A stretch of DNA of 63,413 nt, the filler included, from Stramenopiles sp. TOSAG23-3 (lineage: Eukaryota), in NCBI GenBank assembly GCA_900128585.1. It is 6 parts of 6 records of this genome, joined end to end, with 100 filler letters (N's around TTAATTAATTAA, not from the genome) between each part and the next. Parts side by side here need not be neighbours in the genome. Positions count along the whole stretch, not along the records: positions 1 to 14,857 come from LT642542.1; 5 more parts are not named here. One strand, given 5' to 3'. The position numbers and the translations under genes were made by a program. The notes under the pieces are model-generated. The model did no database searches. It had not been told where the DNA came from and saw nothing but the letters and a program-made list of their open reading frames with translations. Position 1 is the first letter of the stretch. Each line of letters opens with the position of its first letter. Shown piece by piece: positions 1 through 10,839 of the stretch.

Positions 1-14
1 AAGAGGAAACTTAC

Positions 15-312
15 CTTGCAAAAATGCCTTTGTGTAAAAGTTCTTACCAACGGTTCCGTCCGAACCTGAGCTGGAGGAGCAACATTCGTTGCACTCAGCG
101 TACAGGTCTTTGACGTCTCCATCCGCTCCTAATTCAACGCTGTCAAAATATTCGACCATTTTATCACAGTTCGAACACATCAGAGAATCGGTATACCCGA
201 GGGCGGCACAGTTCTTCCGCTTGCTCTTCTTCGTCTGCACCTTTTCGTTTGTGTCATCGCCAGACACGACGGCTACCATAAAAGCAGCAGCCAGAAAGGT
301 GCAAAACTTCAT
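15..312 (-). CDS. SELENOF: Selenoprotein F (Sep15) homolog, first exon; the rest of the gene lies outside the window
   Basis: Manual translation from ATG at 312: MKFCTFLAAAFMVAVVSG (signal peptide)...NCAALGYTDSLMCSNCDKM...ECNECCSS...KNFYTKAFLQ-G, then a GTAAGT donor at 14-9. This matches the Sep15 Cys-rich pattern C..LG[FY]...L.CS.CD...C..CC...Y..A.L just before the expected V-C-x-U/C motif. Not in the ORF track because the frame runs off the edge. Confidence 0.85.
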
Positions 313-1015
313 TCTGCCAACACCTCTCTTTCTCAAGAAGAAGAAGAAAAACAGATACCCCTAATCCTTCTAAATCATGCAGGATTTGCCCCCTTCAATT
401 GTGCAAAAGTTTATGCAAAACTAATTTTATTTCTGTATAGAGTCACTGTAAACTAAACTGTCGTAAAAAGGAAGAAGAAATAATAAAAAAACATCACATC
501 AATAAATAAATAAATATAATGTAATGTAATAATTGGAGTATAATAAGTAGTCGTCTAATATGTGCACCGCCGTTCCAGTTCTTCCAGTACGGTTGGTACC
601 GGTACCAGTAGTAGTTAATATGACTGGTACCCCGTACTCCTCCTCCTCATAATTCGTGGTATTATTATATCAGGTACAGGTACCAGGTACCTAGGTATTA
701 ATACAGGTATAATACCAGGTACAGGTACCGATAAAACGACGAGAGGAGGACGAGAGAGGACGAAGAAGAAGTATTAAAAATTATTTCTTCTTCTCTTTTT
801 TCTATTAGAATATATATAATATCTTTTTTTTAATATATATTTTCTATTATTTGTCCAAAGCAAGGCACAACAAAATAATAATGATCTACTAAGATCGTCA
901 AAAAATACTCTTACAGGTACGACTGTACAGGAAAAGTGTTGCGAAGGTATTTCTAAAAAATTCAATTGTTTTATACAGAAAAACAAACAACAAACTATTT
1001 GCCGGGGCTTTCACC

Positions 1016-2569
1016 ATGTCCACCGGACTGAATCATCCATATGGCTTGAAACCTTTGGGCAATTTGTACATGAATCTTGCTGGCAAGGATATCGCTGCTG
1101 CCAAAAGATTGTCGAGTAAGCGGCGCTTTGACAGTCTCGGAAACTTAATTGGAAAGTTGCAAGACAACGTGGTACTGTCAATTTTTAGTTTCTTCACGGC
1201 AAGCAGCCTGGGAAAAATTTCTAGCACGTCCCGCTTTTTCTACCTTTTGTCCCACCGTTCCGAGTTTTGGAAAGTTCACGTTCTTGAAAAGTTCGGCGGT
1301 TCCTTCAAGTATTGTAAGACATGGAAGGACACGTACGTGAACAACATCGGCCCGGTTAGACAGGCACCGCACGTTCCTATTGCAACGAGGGATGTTTACT
1401 CGGACCTGTGGTTTCAATCGTTTTTCTGTTCGAGAGTGCCCCTCCGCAAGGAGTGGCTGGAAGTGGACAATATTGATCGGCAGGATCATGCAAACCTTTC
1501 TGTTGCAGATTTCGTTAGAGATTACGAAAAGCCTCGTCGCCCGGTTCTGTTTTCTAAAGACATATCATCGGACTGGGAAGCAATGCAGAAATGGAATTGG
1601 GATTTTTTGAAAAGCAGGTTTCAGGTTGCGGAGAACGGGGGTATACATGCCGGAGGATTCACCTTCGACATGAAGGACTACATTTCGTATGCTTTCGGGT
1701 GCAAGGATGAGGAATCCCCCCTGTACATATTTGACAAAAAGTTTGCGGACAAGAGCCCTACTCTGGGGAAGGACTATAGTACCCCCAAATACTTTGACAA
1801 AGACAGGGACTTGTTTTCAATGCTGGGGGAGAGGCGTCCCGATTACCGTTGGTTGATTGCGGGCCCGGGCAGAAGCGGGTCGTCGTTTCATATTGACCCA
1901 AACGGCACTAACGCTTGGAACGCTGTCATAACGGGGGCAAAGAAGTGGATCATGTTTCCGCCCCATGTTGTCCCCCCTGGCGTGCACCCATCCTCTGACG
2001 GTGCAGATGTGGCTACCCCAGTCTCTATCGTGGAATGGTTTTTGAACTTTTACTCTTTTGCAAGGGATCTAAACCCGATTGAATGCATCGTACAACCAGG
2101 AGAAATCATATTTGTCCCGCAAGGATGGTGGCACCTAGTTCTGAATCTAGAAACGGGAATTGCAGTAACGCAAAACTATGTATCGGAAAGTTCACTCTCA
2201 GTTTGTTTAGATTTTTTAAGGAATAAACCCGACCAAATAAGTGGAATAGAATCTGATCGCCGCCCTCGATTTTACGATGAGTTTGTCTGTTGTTTGAAGT
2301 TGAAAAGAAACGATTTGTACGAAAAATATGTCGTAAGCAAAGGCGTTTCCACTAAGGGCAACGGTGGCGGGAAGAAAAGCGTCACAAAAGTTGCGGTCAA
2401 GAATGTGTGGAAAGATATCAGAGCAATGGACAAGACCCGTACAAAGAAGGAAAAAGAACTTGAACCGGAGGCACAATTAGAGAGCGAGCGGAATCAGGTT
2501 GTTGGCAATGGGGAAGAACCAGCCCATAGCAAGAACTCGACTTTCAGTTTCAACTTTTTATCGCAGTAA
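1016..2569 (+). CDS. F-box + JmjC domain protein (JMJD6-like 2OG/Fe(II) hydroxylase/demethylase)
   Basis: N-terminal F-box-like segment (LQDNVVLSIFSFF...SSTSRFFY); JmjC with HxD (SSFHIDPNGTNAWN), KKW and distal His (GWWHLVLN..IAVTQNYV). Confidence 0.9.
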   Translation: MSTGLNHPYGLKPLGNLYMNLAGKDIAAAKRLSSKRRFDSLGNLIGKLQDNVVLSIFSFFTASSLGKISSTSRFFYLLSHRSEFWKVHVLEKFGGSFKYCKTWKDTYVNNIGPVRQAPHVPIATRDVYSDLWFQSFFCSRVPLRKEWLEVDNIDRQDHANLSVADFVRDYEKPRRPVLFSKDISSDWEAMQKWNWDFLKSRFQVAENGGIHAGGFTFDMKDYISYAFGCKDEESPLYIFDKKFADKSPTLGKDYSTPKYFDKDRDLFSMLGERRPDYRWLIAGPGRSGSSFHIDPNGTNAWNAVITGAKKWIMFPPHVVPPGVHPSSDGADVATPVSIVEWFLNFYSFARDLNPIECIVQPGEIIFVPQGWWHLVLNLETGIAVTQNYVSESSLSVCLDFLRNKPDQISGIESDRRPRFYDEFVCCLKLKRNDLYEKYVVSKGVSTKGNGGGKKSVTKVAVKNVWKDIRAMDKTRTKKEKELEPEAQLESERNQVVGNGEEPAHSKNSTFSFNFLSQ

Positions 2570-2619
2570 CAAATTATTATAGTATGTTTAAATATTTAAC
2601 TTCTGATATAGTATACAAT

Positions 2620-5600
2620 TTAATTAAATTTCTCCTCTCCCCCAGACGCCGCAGGCGCGGCAATGTCCAAACAGACAGACAAACTGCTGGAGCATGCAGA
2701 TGGTGCAATTCTATATGTACTGTTTTTGGCACCGCGTCTTCGCACATTATCTCCCATTAAGGTCTTCCTCCTGCCCCATTTTATATTCAATCCATTTTCT
2801 CGTTTGTGCTGAATCAAATTTATTATGTCTTTCTCTTTTGTTGGCCCATTAGGTCGAGCAAAGTTTTGACGACTTCTTTCCTTCGTTTTCAACGGCGATG
2901 CAGGGATAACTTGGTACGCTGATCGTGGCTTTGTCCCCTCGTCCAAGGACCCACCAAAGTTGACTCTTCCTGAGGATTCGGCGAACCCCCATTCAGACAG
3001 AGACATGTTCGCTTTCATTTTGCGCTTTTCTGCATGTTTTGCCCCAGGCTCTGACCCACGAGGATAATGAAAGGGAGAAAGGACTCGGTCCTGTCGTTTT
3101 TGCGGGGAGTTTGCTGTTGCTGCACGGTTTGTAGATGAGCGATTTCTGCGATTGGCCTTCACCGGTGTGGTCATTGGCCGCGCTTGACTGCGCAGGGCTT
3201 CGCGCCTTCTTTTATTCCGCAAATCCGCAGTCGTCAATAGTACAGTTTGCTCTGGAACACCCCTGAATGAGGACCGCTTTCGACCCATCGACATGGACGT
3301 TCTTTTTTTCTTCGTCTCTGAACTTGTAACGGCATCTCGGAGGAACCCTAGCAGAAGATTATCCGAGCCGTTCCCGTTCCCGTCTTGGTCTCCTAGACGG
3401 AGCTGTTTAAACGATAGTTCTCCCCTTATCAGCTGCGTTCTTAGAGCAGCATCTTCTCGCAACTTTGCACGTTCTAATTCAAGGGCCTTTTTACGCGATT
3501 CCTTTAAAACCTGTTTGGTTATAAATTCACTTTTTTTCTCTTGGTCCTCTTTCGCTTTCCCCGTCATGTTCAAAAAACTACTGTAGCCTGTCGGAAATCC
3601 ATACTGGGGGACCCTTTCGTTTGCGTAAAGAGGCGCCTTCAACGGATCTGGGGGTCTAATAGACAAATACGGCGACGGTATCTTCCCCGTTAAAACGTCT
3701 TCGTGTTGCTCTATGGCGCGCACTCGCTTGTTGTGCTGCACCATGTTCACCCATGTTCGAAAGGGTTTTCTGACCAAGCCATGCTTTGCGCTGTCCCACT
3801 TGAAGGATAGTTTGCTGAACATGCTTCCTTTGCTATTTTCCTGGTACGGTGCCGGGTTCAAATGCAACGCGTATACATCAAAAGGCGCAAACCCACTGTT
3901 GCCAGTGCCTCCGACGACTACCATGCTAAACCTCGGTTTTCTCAGCGAAGTCGCCAAATTTTTGCGTATATTGCTGCTTGCATTCTTTAGTTTCGAAGAG
4001 TTTCCTTCGTTGTCACTGCTGGAGGAATCACTGTCGCCATCACCGCCTTCCTCTTTCTCTTCATTCGCGTACTCACTTATGTCTGCTTCCCCGTCAAACC
4101 CTTTGTACAGGCATCCCATGTGCCAGTAGCGAACGGATGGAACGTGTTCCTCCTTTAATTCGACTGTGGACCAACGGTAAGAACTGTGGTCGTAGACCAG
4201 AACTGCATTTCCTCCCACCCCGCCACTTGTGCCTTTCGTTTTGATTGTGTTGAGATTGGTTTCGGACTTTAACGTACCTCCGAAGACGTAGATCGAAGAC
4301 ATTTCGTACGGGCTGAGCATAGATGTGGCACATATCCGTGGTCCTGGCAATGTTCCATGCGTATGCACCGACGTCCAACGCATAGGCCTTACAGTCAACT
4401 TCAGCTCCCACATTTCATTCGGCGCATGCGTCTCTTTGTGCATCCCTCCGAACAGAAGAAGCGAAGACGTGTTCACGCACACTGCACTGTGACCAGCCCT
4501 CGCAAAAGGGGGGGTGCCATCAGTCTTCATGTGAGTCCACTTGATGAGAGACGTATCTAGCATCCAGACATCGTTCTTGAAAACCCACTTTTTGCATTTG
4601 ACGGACTTTGGAGAGGACATTGTTTCATTGTTGTCGTCGTCGGATTCTTTCGTGCTCGGACCCCCCCTTGCCGGACTGTTTGGCGGCGAATCCTCTTTGA
4701 CTACTTCTGAACGAACTCCTCCAATCAATAACGCCGTGTTTGCTTGCTTCACCCTTGTCAGCGAAGCAGCATACCGAGGGCCTGGGTTCGGTGACGGGGC
4801 CAGCATTTTCCATCTTTCGTGGCGGTAATCAAAAGAGTACATGAGGTCGTCTTCTACCAATGCCCTACTTTCGCCCAGAAAACTCTGTGATTGGCTGGTT
4901 TGGTCAAACATTCCCACGGTCTGGTTCGTGTTGGGGCTGTTTTGTTCACCCCCGTAGAACAATATGCAATGGTCTCGGGGGACGCATACTGCACAGTGCC
5001 CGCTTCTGGGCCCTGGAGCTTTCCCACCAGGCCTTTGTTTGGTTTTTACGTTCCTCCATTTCATTGTGCGCGGATTTAAATGTGCCAATTCATTCGTGCG
5101 ATCGCTTGCCACCCCCCCAAACATGAATATCCCTTTACTTGGGGTGACGGTAAAACTCGCCATGGCTCTTGCCGTTGGTAGATACCCTGTTCGAAACCTC
5201 GGGTAGTGGACCCACTCGTCTGGTGGCTTGTTCATTTCCTGTTTGTTAAATAAGTGGTCATCCTTTTTAGACCTAAACAGAGCCATTTCCATCTCCAGAT
5301 CGCCCACCCCAGCCGCGCAATCCGCATCAATGTATAACTGTTTCCCCGTAACCCGGGGGTCTTTGTCATCGAGAGTGTAGACTTGCTTATGCACACGGTG
5401 GCGATAATGAACGGGGCACTTCACCTTTGGCTTCCATCCAGGACTATATCGTTGTACTTTTGCATTAGCCTTCTTGTCTATAATTTTGTCCAGCTTTGCC
5501 TGTCTTTTCGTTTTGTTTTTTCTTTTTACCGTCATGCTCGCCCATCCTAGCTGCATTTCCATCTTCAGCGAGGAGATGGCATAGTCAGGGCGAAATGTTG

Positions 5601-5760
5601 GAAAGCGCTCAGACTCAGCATCAGAATCCATGGCTTGAAATTCGTTCAATTTGTCGAACTTTCTCATCATTAACCGTTTGTTCACCTCATTTCGTTTTTG
5701 GCGCTGAGCTTCCCGCTTTGCCTGATCCTTTTGCTTCTGACGACGACGTATTGCTGCCAT
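2620..5760 (-). CDS. Kelch-repeat protein with a long basic, low-complexity C-terminus
   Basis: Repeated kelch motifs (PTARAMASF..IFMFGG, PGPRSGHCA..LFYGG, PFARAGHSA..LLFGG, PGPRICAT..IYVFGG, PSVRYWH). First ATG is at 5760; the ORF track start at 5784 is a TTG. Confidence 0.8.
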   Translation of the reverse strand: MAAIRRRQKQKDQAKREAQRQKRNEVNKRLMMRKFDKLNEFQAMDSDAESERFPTFRPDYAISSLKMEMQLGWASMTVKRKNKTKRQAKLDKIIDKKANAKVQRYSPGWKPKVKCPVHYRHRVHKQVYTLDDKDPRVTGKQLYIDADCAAGVGDLEMEMALFRSKKDDHLFNKQEMNKPPDEWVHYPRFRTGYLPTARAMASFTVTPSKGIFMFGGVASDRTNELAHLNPRTMKWRNVKTKQRPGGKAPGPRSGHCAVCVPRDHCILFYGGEQNSPNTNQTVGMFDQTSQSQSFLGESRALVEDDLMYSFDYRHERWKMLAPSPNPGPRYAASLTRVKQANTALLIGGVRSEVVKEDSPPNSPARGGPSTKESDDDNNETMSSPKSVKCKKWVFKNDVWMLDTSLIKWTHMKTDGTPPFARAGHSAVCVNTSSLLLFGGMHKETHAPNEMWELKLTVRPMRWTSVHTHGTLPGPRICATSMLSPYEMSSIYVFGGTLKSETNLNTIKTKGTSGGVGGNAVLVYDHSSYRWSTVELKEEHVPSVRYWHMGCLYKGFDGEADISEYANEEKEEGGDGDSDSSSSDNEGNSSKLKNASSNIRKNLATSLRKPRFSMVVVGGTGNSGFAPFDVYALHLNPAPYQENSKGSMFSKLSFKWDSAKHGLVRKPFRTWVNMVQHNKRVRAIEQHEDVLTGKIPSPYLSIRPPDPLKAPLYANERVPQYGFPTGYSSFLNMTGKAKEDQEKKSEFITKQVLKESRKKALELERAKLREDAALRTQLIRGELSFKQLRLGDQDGNGNGSDNLLLGFLRDAVTSSETKKKRTSMSMGRKRSSFRGVPEQTVLLTTADLRNKRRREALRSQARPMTTPVKANRRNRSSTNRAATANSPQKRQDRVLSPFHYPRGSEPGAKHAEKRKMKANMSLSEWGFAESSGRVNFGGSLDEGTKPRSAYQVIPASPLKTKERSRQNFARPNGPTKEKDIINLIQHKRENGLNIKWGRRKTLMGDNVRRRGAKNSTYRIAPSACSSSLSVCLDIAAPAASGGEEKFN

Positions 5761-7377
5761 CGTGTTCACTTCTACGGCCAACAAGAGCTATTCTTATCTT
5801 GGAATTTTTTTTTAACAAACATAAAGATATTTGATTCGGTACAATTTGGTAGGTACGTCGCCGATACTGCGTTACTCCTGTCAGCCATTTTATTGGTCAC
5901 ATTGCAAACTCTTGCGCGCACAAATTCTTCTTTTTTTACATTATGTATTATTAATATACTATATATAATTAACATGCATTATTATTCTATAATAAATACT
6001 GCTGTGTAGTGTAGTATCACTTTTATAAAATATCAACATCATACAATAATAATTATATTTATATAAAATAATAATATGGAATGATCCTTTTAAAGTTTAA
6101 AGCTCGCAGGTCGCAGGCCAGGCCATCAGCCATCAGCCATCACTTCAATCACACTCATCCGCCCTCCTCGTTCCTTTTACATCGTACATTCTACATCGTA
6201 CATCGTATAAAAATATCAAATAGCCAGCCAAACCCCATAACCCCATTCTACGTAATTTTTATCACTCCTTCCTCTGGAATAATAGTATTTCATCATTTCA
6301 TTTGGTTTAAATAGCATGGCATGGCATGGCATGGCATACGCTGATATGAGATGAGAGGCATGGGCTGGATATGAGATGAGAGTGTACATTACATTACAAT
6401 GGAACTGGATAAAATAAAAAGGGGTCGGTCTCCTTTGCTTAACTTTAAAAAAAAGTGCAAATAAAAATAATTGTCCCTCACCCCTCCCTCCCTCACTCAC
6501 CCCTCACTCAGTTTTAAATACTGTTTAATACCGGGACAAGTATGAGTATTATATCCTGTACTGTTCGTACATACCAGTGATTAAATACGAACCGGTAACG
6601 TTCTGTTGGTATTCTAGTTTCCGGTAGTTTGTCTAGTTAGTTAGTTATGACTAACGTACACATCTTAGTGTAGTTGTAATAATACTGTTTTCATCTGTTT
6701 ATTTGCTTTTATCCCTATACTAATTCCAAAGAGTCGTTGAGTGAGAAGAGAGAGAGAAGAGAGAAAGAAAAGAGAAATAATCCGAGCGAGATCATTCTTA
6801 AAAAGATCATTCTTTATAAAAGATAGTAATTCCTAGTAGAGACTACCTCACATACATTATTATGAAATAAATTCGTTATAATGGAAAAAATCTCAAAAGA
6901 CAACTATTAAGGTGATATTGATTCAAAAGGGTGGTAATCAGTTTCGTGATTTACTCATGTATTATAAATATATGATTGAAAACAATATATATTATACGAT
7001 AAAAACAAAATAATATTTCAGTTTAAATACCCTTAATTTATAAAGCAACGATAAATTTTATAAGTGGGAATGAACGTTTCGTCTATTATGAGTTGTTGTA
7101 TGTAGAGCCTATTTTGTACTACTATTTATGTATCTGTATACGATAACAGAGATTGCAATGTTTCCTTTATAACTTTTCCATCTAATTGTTGATATTGTTG
7201 AATTGACTTTAGATACTCTTTCAATTTGCAGGGCATCTGAAACGTACTAAACGTGTGTGTGAGAGAGACTTGTGTTAACACAAAGGTTTAAAACCAAACA
7301 GTCGTGATAGTCCAGATCTGAGGCTCGTACTGGTTTTGCTAAGAGCTGCTAATCAGGTTTCGAAAACTACGTAAAGA

Positions 7378-9339
7378 ATGGCTTCCGTTTACGCAATTGA
7401 GGAGGACGAAAAGTCAGAGAATGGCACAGTGGAGGAGAAAGATACGTCGGACACTCGCGGGTCATTCATCGTGAATCCAAATAGTAACTTTGCCCGCCAA
7501 TGGGACATGCTGATGGTTGCCTTGCTGATTTTTACAGCACTTGTGACTCCATTCGAAGTGGCATTTCTAACAAGTGCATTCGATTTCTTATTCGTGATCA
7601 ATCGGATGGTTGACTTCGGCTTCATGTGCGATATGGTATTGAACTTCTTCCTAGGATACTTCGACGAGAACGAAGCACGAATGGTATGGAACCAGAAAAG
7701 GATTGCATCTAGGTATTTAAAAGGATGGTTCAGCATAGACTTAGTTTCTATTTTGCCTTTTGACACCGTTGCCCTTGCGATGAATTCGAAAGAGCTTTCG
7801 CAACTGAAAATCTTGCGCGTAATTCGTCTGCTGCGTTTAATTAAGTTGATGAGAATTTTTCGAAGTTCTCGTGTAATTAAACGAATTCAATCCAACAGTG
7901 GATTATCATTCTCGACGTGGGCATTAATCAAGTTCTTGGTTTTAGTTCTGATATGTTTGCATTGGACGGCCTGCGTCTGGGGAATGTGGCCTTCCATGGG
8001 CGAAAATGAGAACAATTGGTACTTGATGGCCGACTTGGAACTCTCAGGCGTCGGGGACAAGTACTTAGCGTCTATTGAATTTTCGCTGATGGCCATGGTA
8101 ATGGGTTACGGAGACTTTACACCCGCAAACAGCTCAGAAAGGACCGTTGCCGTCATCTTGATGATACTCGGGGGTTCCGTGTACGCATACGTGATTGGTG
8201 CAATCTGTGGTGTTGTGTCTGAACGCGACCCTGCTACTTCTGAGTACCAGGCAAACGTGGACTTACTAAACGATTACATGGAAGAGATAAAGTTGCCGAA
8301 ATCCCAGCGCACGAAGCTGAGAGAATACTTTACGCATTGCAAACAAATTTTCCGAATGAAATATTTCCACGATGTGCTGGAAAATATGTCCCCCGAGCTC
8401 CAGGGCGAAGTCGCAAAGCACACGCATGGCAGCTGGCTGTACGAAATTCCATTCTTTAACGCCGACAAAGAGGAAGAGCGGGATCGTTTTCTAGTTTCAG
8501 TGGCTTTGGCACTGGTTCCGAAAGCTTTCGGCCCAAATGAGATGGTCTACCGTGAGGGGGACATGGCCATTTCCATGTTTATTGTCCAGCGAGGATTGGC
8601 TGCTTGCAATGGCCGAGTGCTGTCTTCTGGTCACTTTTTCGGCGAAGATATGATTGCTGGCTCTGACGAGGAGCCCTCTCGCCGAGCGGCAGATGTTCGT
8701 TCTCTGACCTTTCTAGATGTGTACGAATTTGAGAGGGAACAGTTGGGCGAAATATTGGAGAACGGAGATTTCGACGCCACTCAGAGCAAAATTCGCCGTC
8801 AGGTCATTCGCATTGCATTAAAGCGTAAATTTATGGAGATTCTACGGTTAGTGAAAATTACGAGAGGAATGAAAAAGAGGCCTCCCAAGGAAGAATATGA
8901 ACAATGGAAAATGGATATCACAGCGAAGCGAGACGTTAAAAGAAAAAATCGCCCAGCATCACGACAACTTGTTGCCCGACCAGAAACACCGGAGGAAAAA
9001 GCAGCAATTGCCCAGCAGCAGGAGGCCACAAAGAAAGCAGATATGGAGGAAGAGTTACAATTTTGGGTCAAAGGACAAGGTCAAATTAGGGAGAGGGGGA
9101 ACACCGCAGATGCAGCAGAAAATGTGTTCGACGAGGAAAATGCGGTAAAGGAGTTGGACCTGAGAATGACCAAGTTGGAAACGCAAATGAGCGATCTATT
9201 AGCCACGATTAAAGATGGGTTCGAAACTATGGAGGCTAGTCAAGAGGTAGCATTTCGCGCATTTTACAACGCGCAAAAGCGACAGCGCCAAACGAATAGT
9301 CCAAGTAAATTCGGCTCTCCTTCACCGACAAAATCCTAA
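7378..9339 (+). CDS. Voltage-gated cation/K+ channel of the CNBD family (EAG/HCN/plant-Shaker-like), 6TM + C-linker + cNMP-binding domain
   Basis: S1 WDMLMVALLIFTALVTPFEVAF; S3 YLKGWFSIDLVSILPFD; S4 KILRVIRLLRLIKLMR; pore GYGDFTP; CNBD FFGE...RAADVRSLT; C-terminal coiled coil. Confidence 0.92.
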   Translation: MASVYAIEEDEKSENGTVEEKDTSDTRGSFIVNPNSNFARQWDMLMVALLIFTALVTPFEVAFLTSAFDFLFVINRMVDFGFMCDMVLNFFLGYFDENEARMVWNQKRIASRYLKGWFSIDLVSILPFDTVALAMNSKELSQLKILRVIRLLRLIKLMRIFRSSRVIKRIQSNSGLSFSTWALIKFLVLVLICLHWTACVWGMWPSMGENENNWYLMADLELSGVGDKYLASIEFSLMAMVMGYGDFTPANSSERTVAVILMILGGSVYAYVIGAICGVVSERDPATSEYQANVDLLNDYMEEIKLPKSQRTKLREYFTHCKQIFRMKYFHDVLENMSPELQGEVAKHTHGSWLYEIPFFNADKEEERDRFLVSVALALVPKAFGPNEMVYREGDMAISMFIVQRGLAACNGRVLSSGHFFGEDMIAGSDEEPSRRAADVRSLTFLDVYEFEREQLGEILENGDFDATQSKIRRQVIRIALKRKFMEILRLVKITRGMKKRPPKEEYEQWKMDITAKRDVKRKNRPASRQLVARPETPEEKAAIAQQQEATKKADMEEELQFWVKGQGQIRERGNTADAAENVFDEENAVKELDLRMTKLETQMSDLLATIKDGFETMEASQEVAFRAFYNAQKRQRQTNSPSKFGSPSPTKS

Positions 9340-9765
9340 AATTCTTCTTTTTAAAGAAAAGAGAGGGACGTCATCAATAATAGTACACCCGACGAAGGAA
9401 GATAATTCAACAAACAAAATAAATTCCTTAATATACTCTCGTAAGAGGTTCTCTTTTAAAACTATATATGATTCAAGAATTTTCTTAAAAGGTCTAGAGC
9501 AACTCATTTACACAAAATATATTAACACTTAAATACATGTCCAGCGTGTCTATTTTTCTGCAGTAGGTTCACCGGAGGTGCACAAAAGTTTGAAGTCTTT
9601 TCGTTGCACAAGGAAGATTCTCTAGTGCATGCCGACGTTTCTGTAAACGACTAACATGCGCCCCGTGAGATTTGTTTCTTTTCTTCCTCGCAAATTCATC
9701 AAAGCGTTCCTTTCGTGATACGACATTGTTCGCCATTAGTTTGTTTTCTTTTTCTTGGAGCTAGA

Positions 9766-10839
9766 TCATCCTCCTTTTGCACCACCAGTCATCGCGGAGA
9801 GCTGAATATCTTCACGAGATCGCTTCGTCAGCATAGTGTGGTTTCTGGCGGTTGTTTCAGAGGGCCGCCGATGAGGCTGGGCAGGGCCTGGACGGACCAC
9901 AGTCCCATGCGCAAAATTCAATAGCCTAATATCACGAATTAACTTTACAATGTCCACATGTTTTTCAAAATGATCTTGGACCATGGTCACTCGCTGCAAC
10001 TCATTTTCCAGCGGCACCTCCGCGTCAACCTTTCCATCTTTCTCAGCAACCGCCTCGAAATGGATTTCAGGTATGAATCCGTATAAACCTTTCCCCCCAC
10101 CGTACTGTTCAAAATATTTTGATATCGCATTCTTGCAATTCTCCAACGAGTAATATCCATCTTTTGGCAACCGGTTAAACAGGGCTCCAATAACCGTAAC
10201 CCCGTGGTGCTCAAAGAACGCCGCATTCAGGTTAAAACTATCGACCGCATCACCAACACCCTTTCTTCCCACTAAGAGTACCGGGGCTTTCAGCCGGTTT
10301 GCTATCACAGCATTACTACAACCGCAGATAGACCCAACGGCTGGGTACCCAACACCGTCAATAATTACAAAGCGTTTGTTTGCGCTTATCTCGTCAACCC
10401 TGGCACATATTTTTTCCAAAATTTGTTCCGTCGAATCCGTTCGCCCGTCTAGAAATGCTCTTGTAAAACCAGAATAAAAGACCAGAGGCCCGATACCAAC
10501 GCAATCTATCTGATGTGCATCACAAAACTTTTGTACAAGCTGGGTCTGTTCGCACTGTGTTGCAGGCTTTATGTATGCAATTTCAGAGGGGCGATATCCC
10601 CCACATTTCAGAAGCAAAGTCAACAAGCCAAGAGATACAGTGCTCTTTCCCACTTGTGATCTATCACCTGCAACAAAGAGCTTAAGAGTTTCTTTCCGGC
10701 GTTCGGAGCTGGCGCTTTTCTCACCAATCCCAGACTTTCTGGACTCTGCACACAAAGTGCGAATACGTTCTATCCACCCCCCCGCAGTAAAGTGCCGCGG
10801 AGCCTGCCCCCCCCCGTCGAGTTCTGGTCCACTCGACAT
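9766..10839 (-). CDS. BioD/AAA_26-like P-loop NTPase (similar to the N-terminal domain of phosphotransacetylase)
   Basis: P-loop LFVAGDRSQVGKSTVSLGL, YIKP, Walker-B-like IIDGVGYPAVGS..SNA, GALFNR. No DRTGG or PTA catalytic domain is visible. Confidence 0.75.
   Translation of the reverse strand: MSSGPELDGGGQAPRHFTAGGWIERIRTLCAESRKSGIGEKSASSERRKETLKLFVAGDRSQVGKSTVSLGLLTLLLKCGGYRPSEIAYIKPATQCEQTQLVQKFCDAHQIDCVGIGPLVFYSGFTRAFLDGRTDSTEQILEKICARVDEISANKRFVIIDGVGYPAVGSICGCSNAVIANRLKAPVLLVGRKGVGDAVDSFNLNAAFFEHHGVTVIGALFNRLPKDGYYSLENCKNAISKYFEQYGGGKGLYGFIPEIHFEAVAEKDGKVDAEVPLENELQRVTMVQDHFEKHVDIVKLIRDIRLLNFAHGTVVRPGPAQPHRRPSETTARNHTMLTKRSREDIQLSAMTGGAKGG

Noticed and set aside
89-364. Plus-strand 91-aa ORF
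   Set aside because: Antisense shadow of the SELENOF exon; non-ATG start.
6312-6510. (GGCAT)n, (GAGAT)n and (CACT/CCCT)n runs as regulatory elements
   Set aside because: Ordinary microsatellites, common throughout these AT-rich spacers.
7215-7235. Possible 5' UTR splice acceptor (tttcaatttgcag) upstream of the channel gene
   Set aside because: No matching donor or upstream exon can be supported without transcripts.
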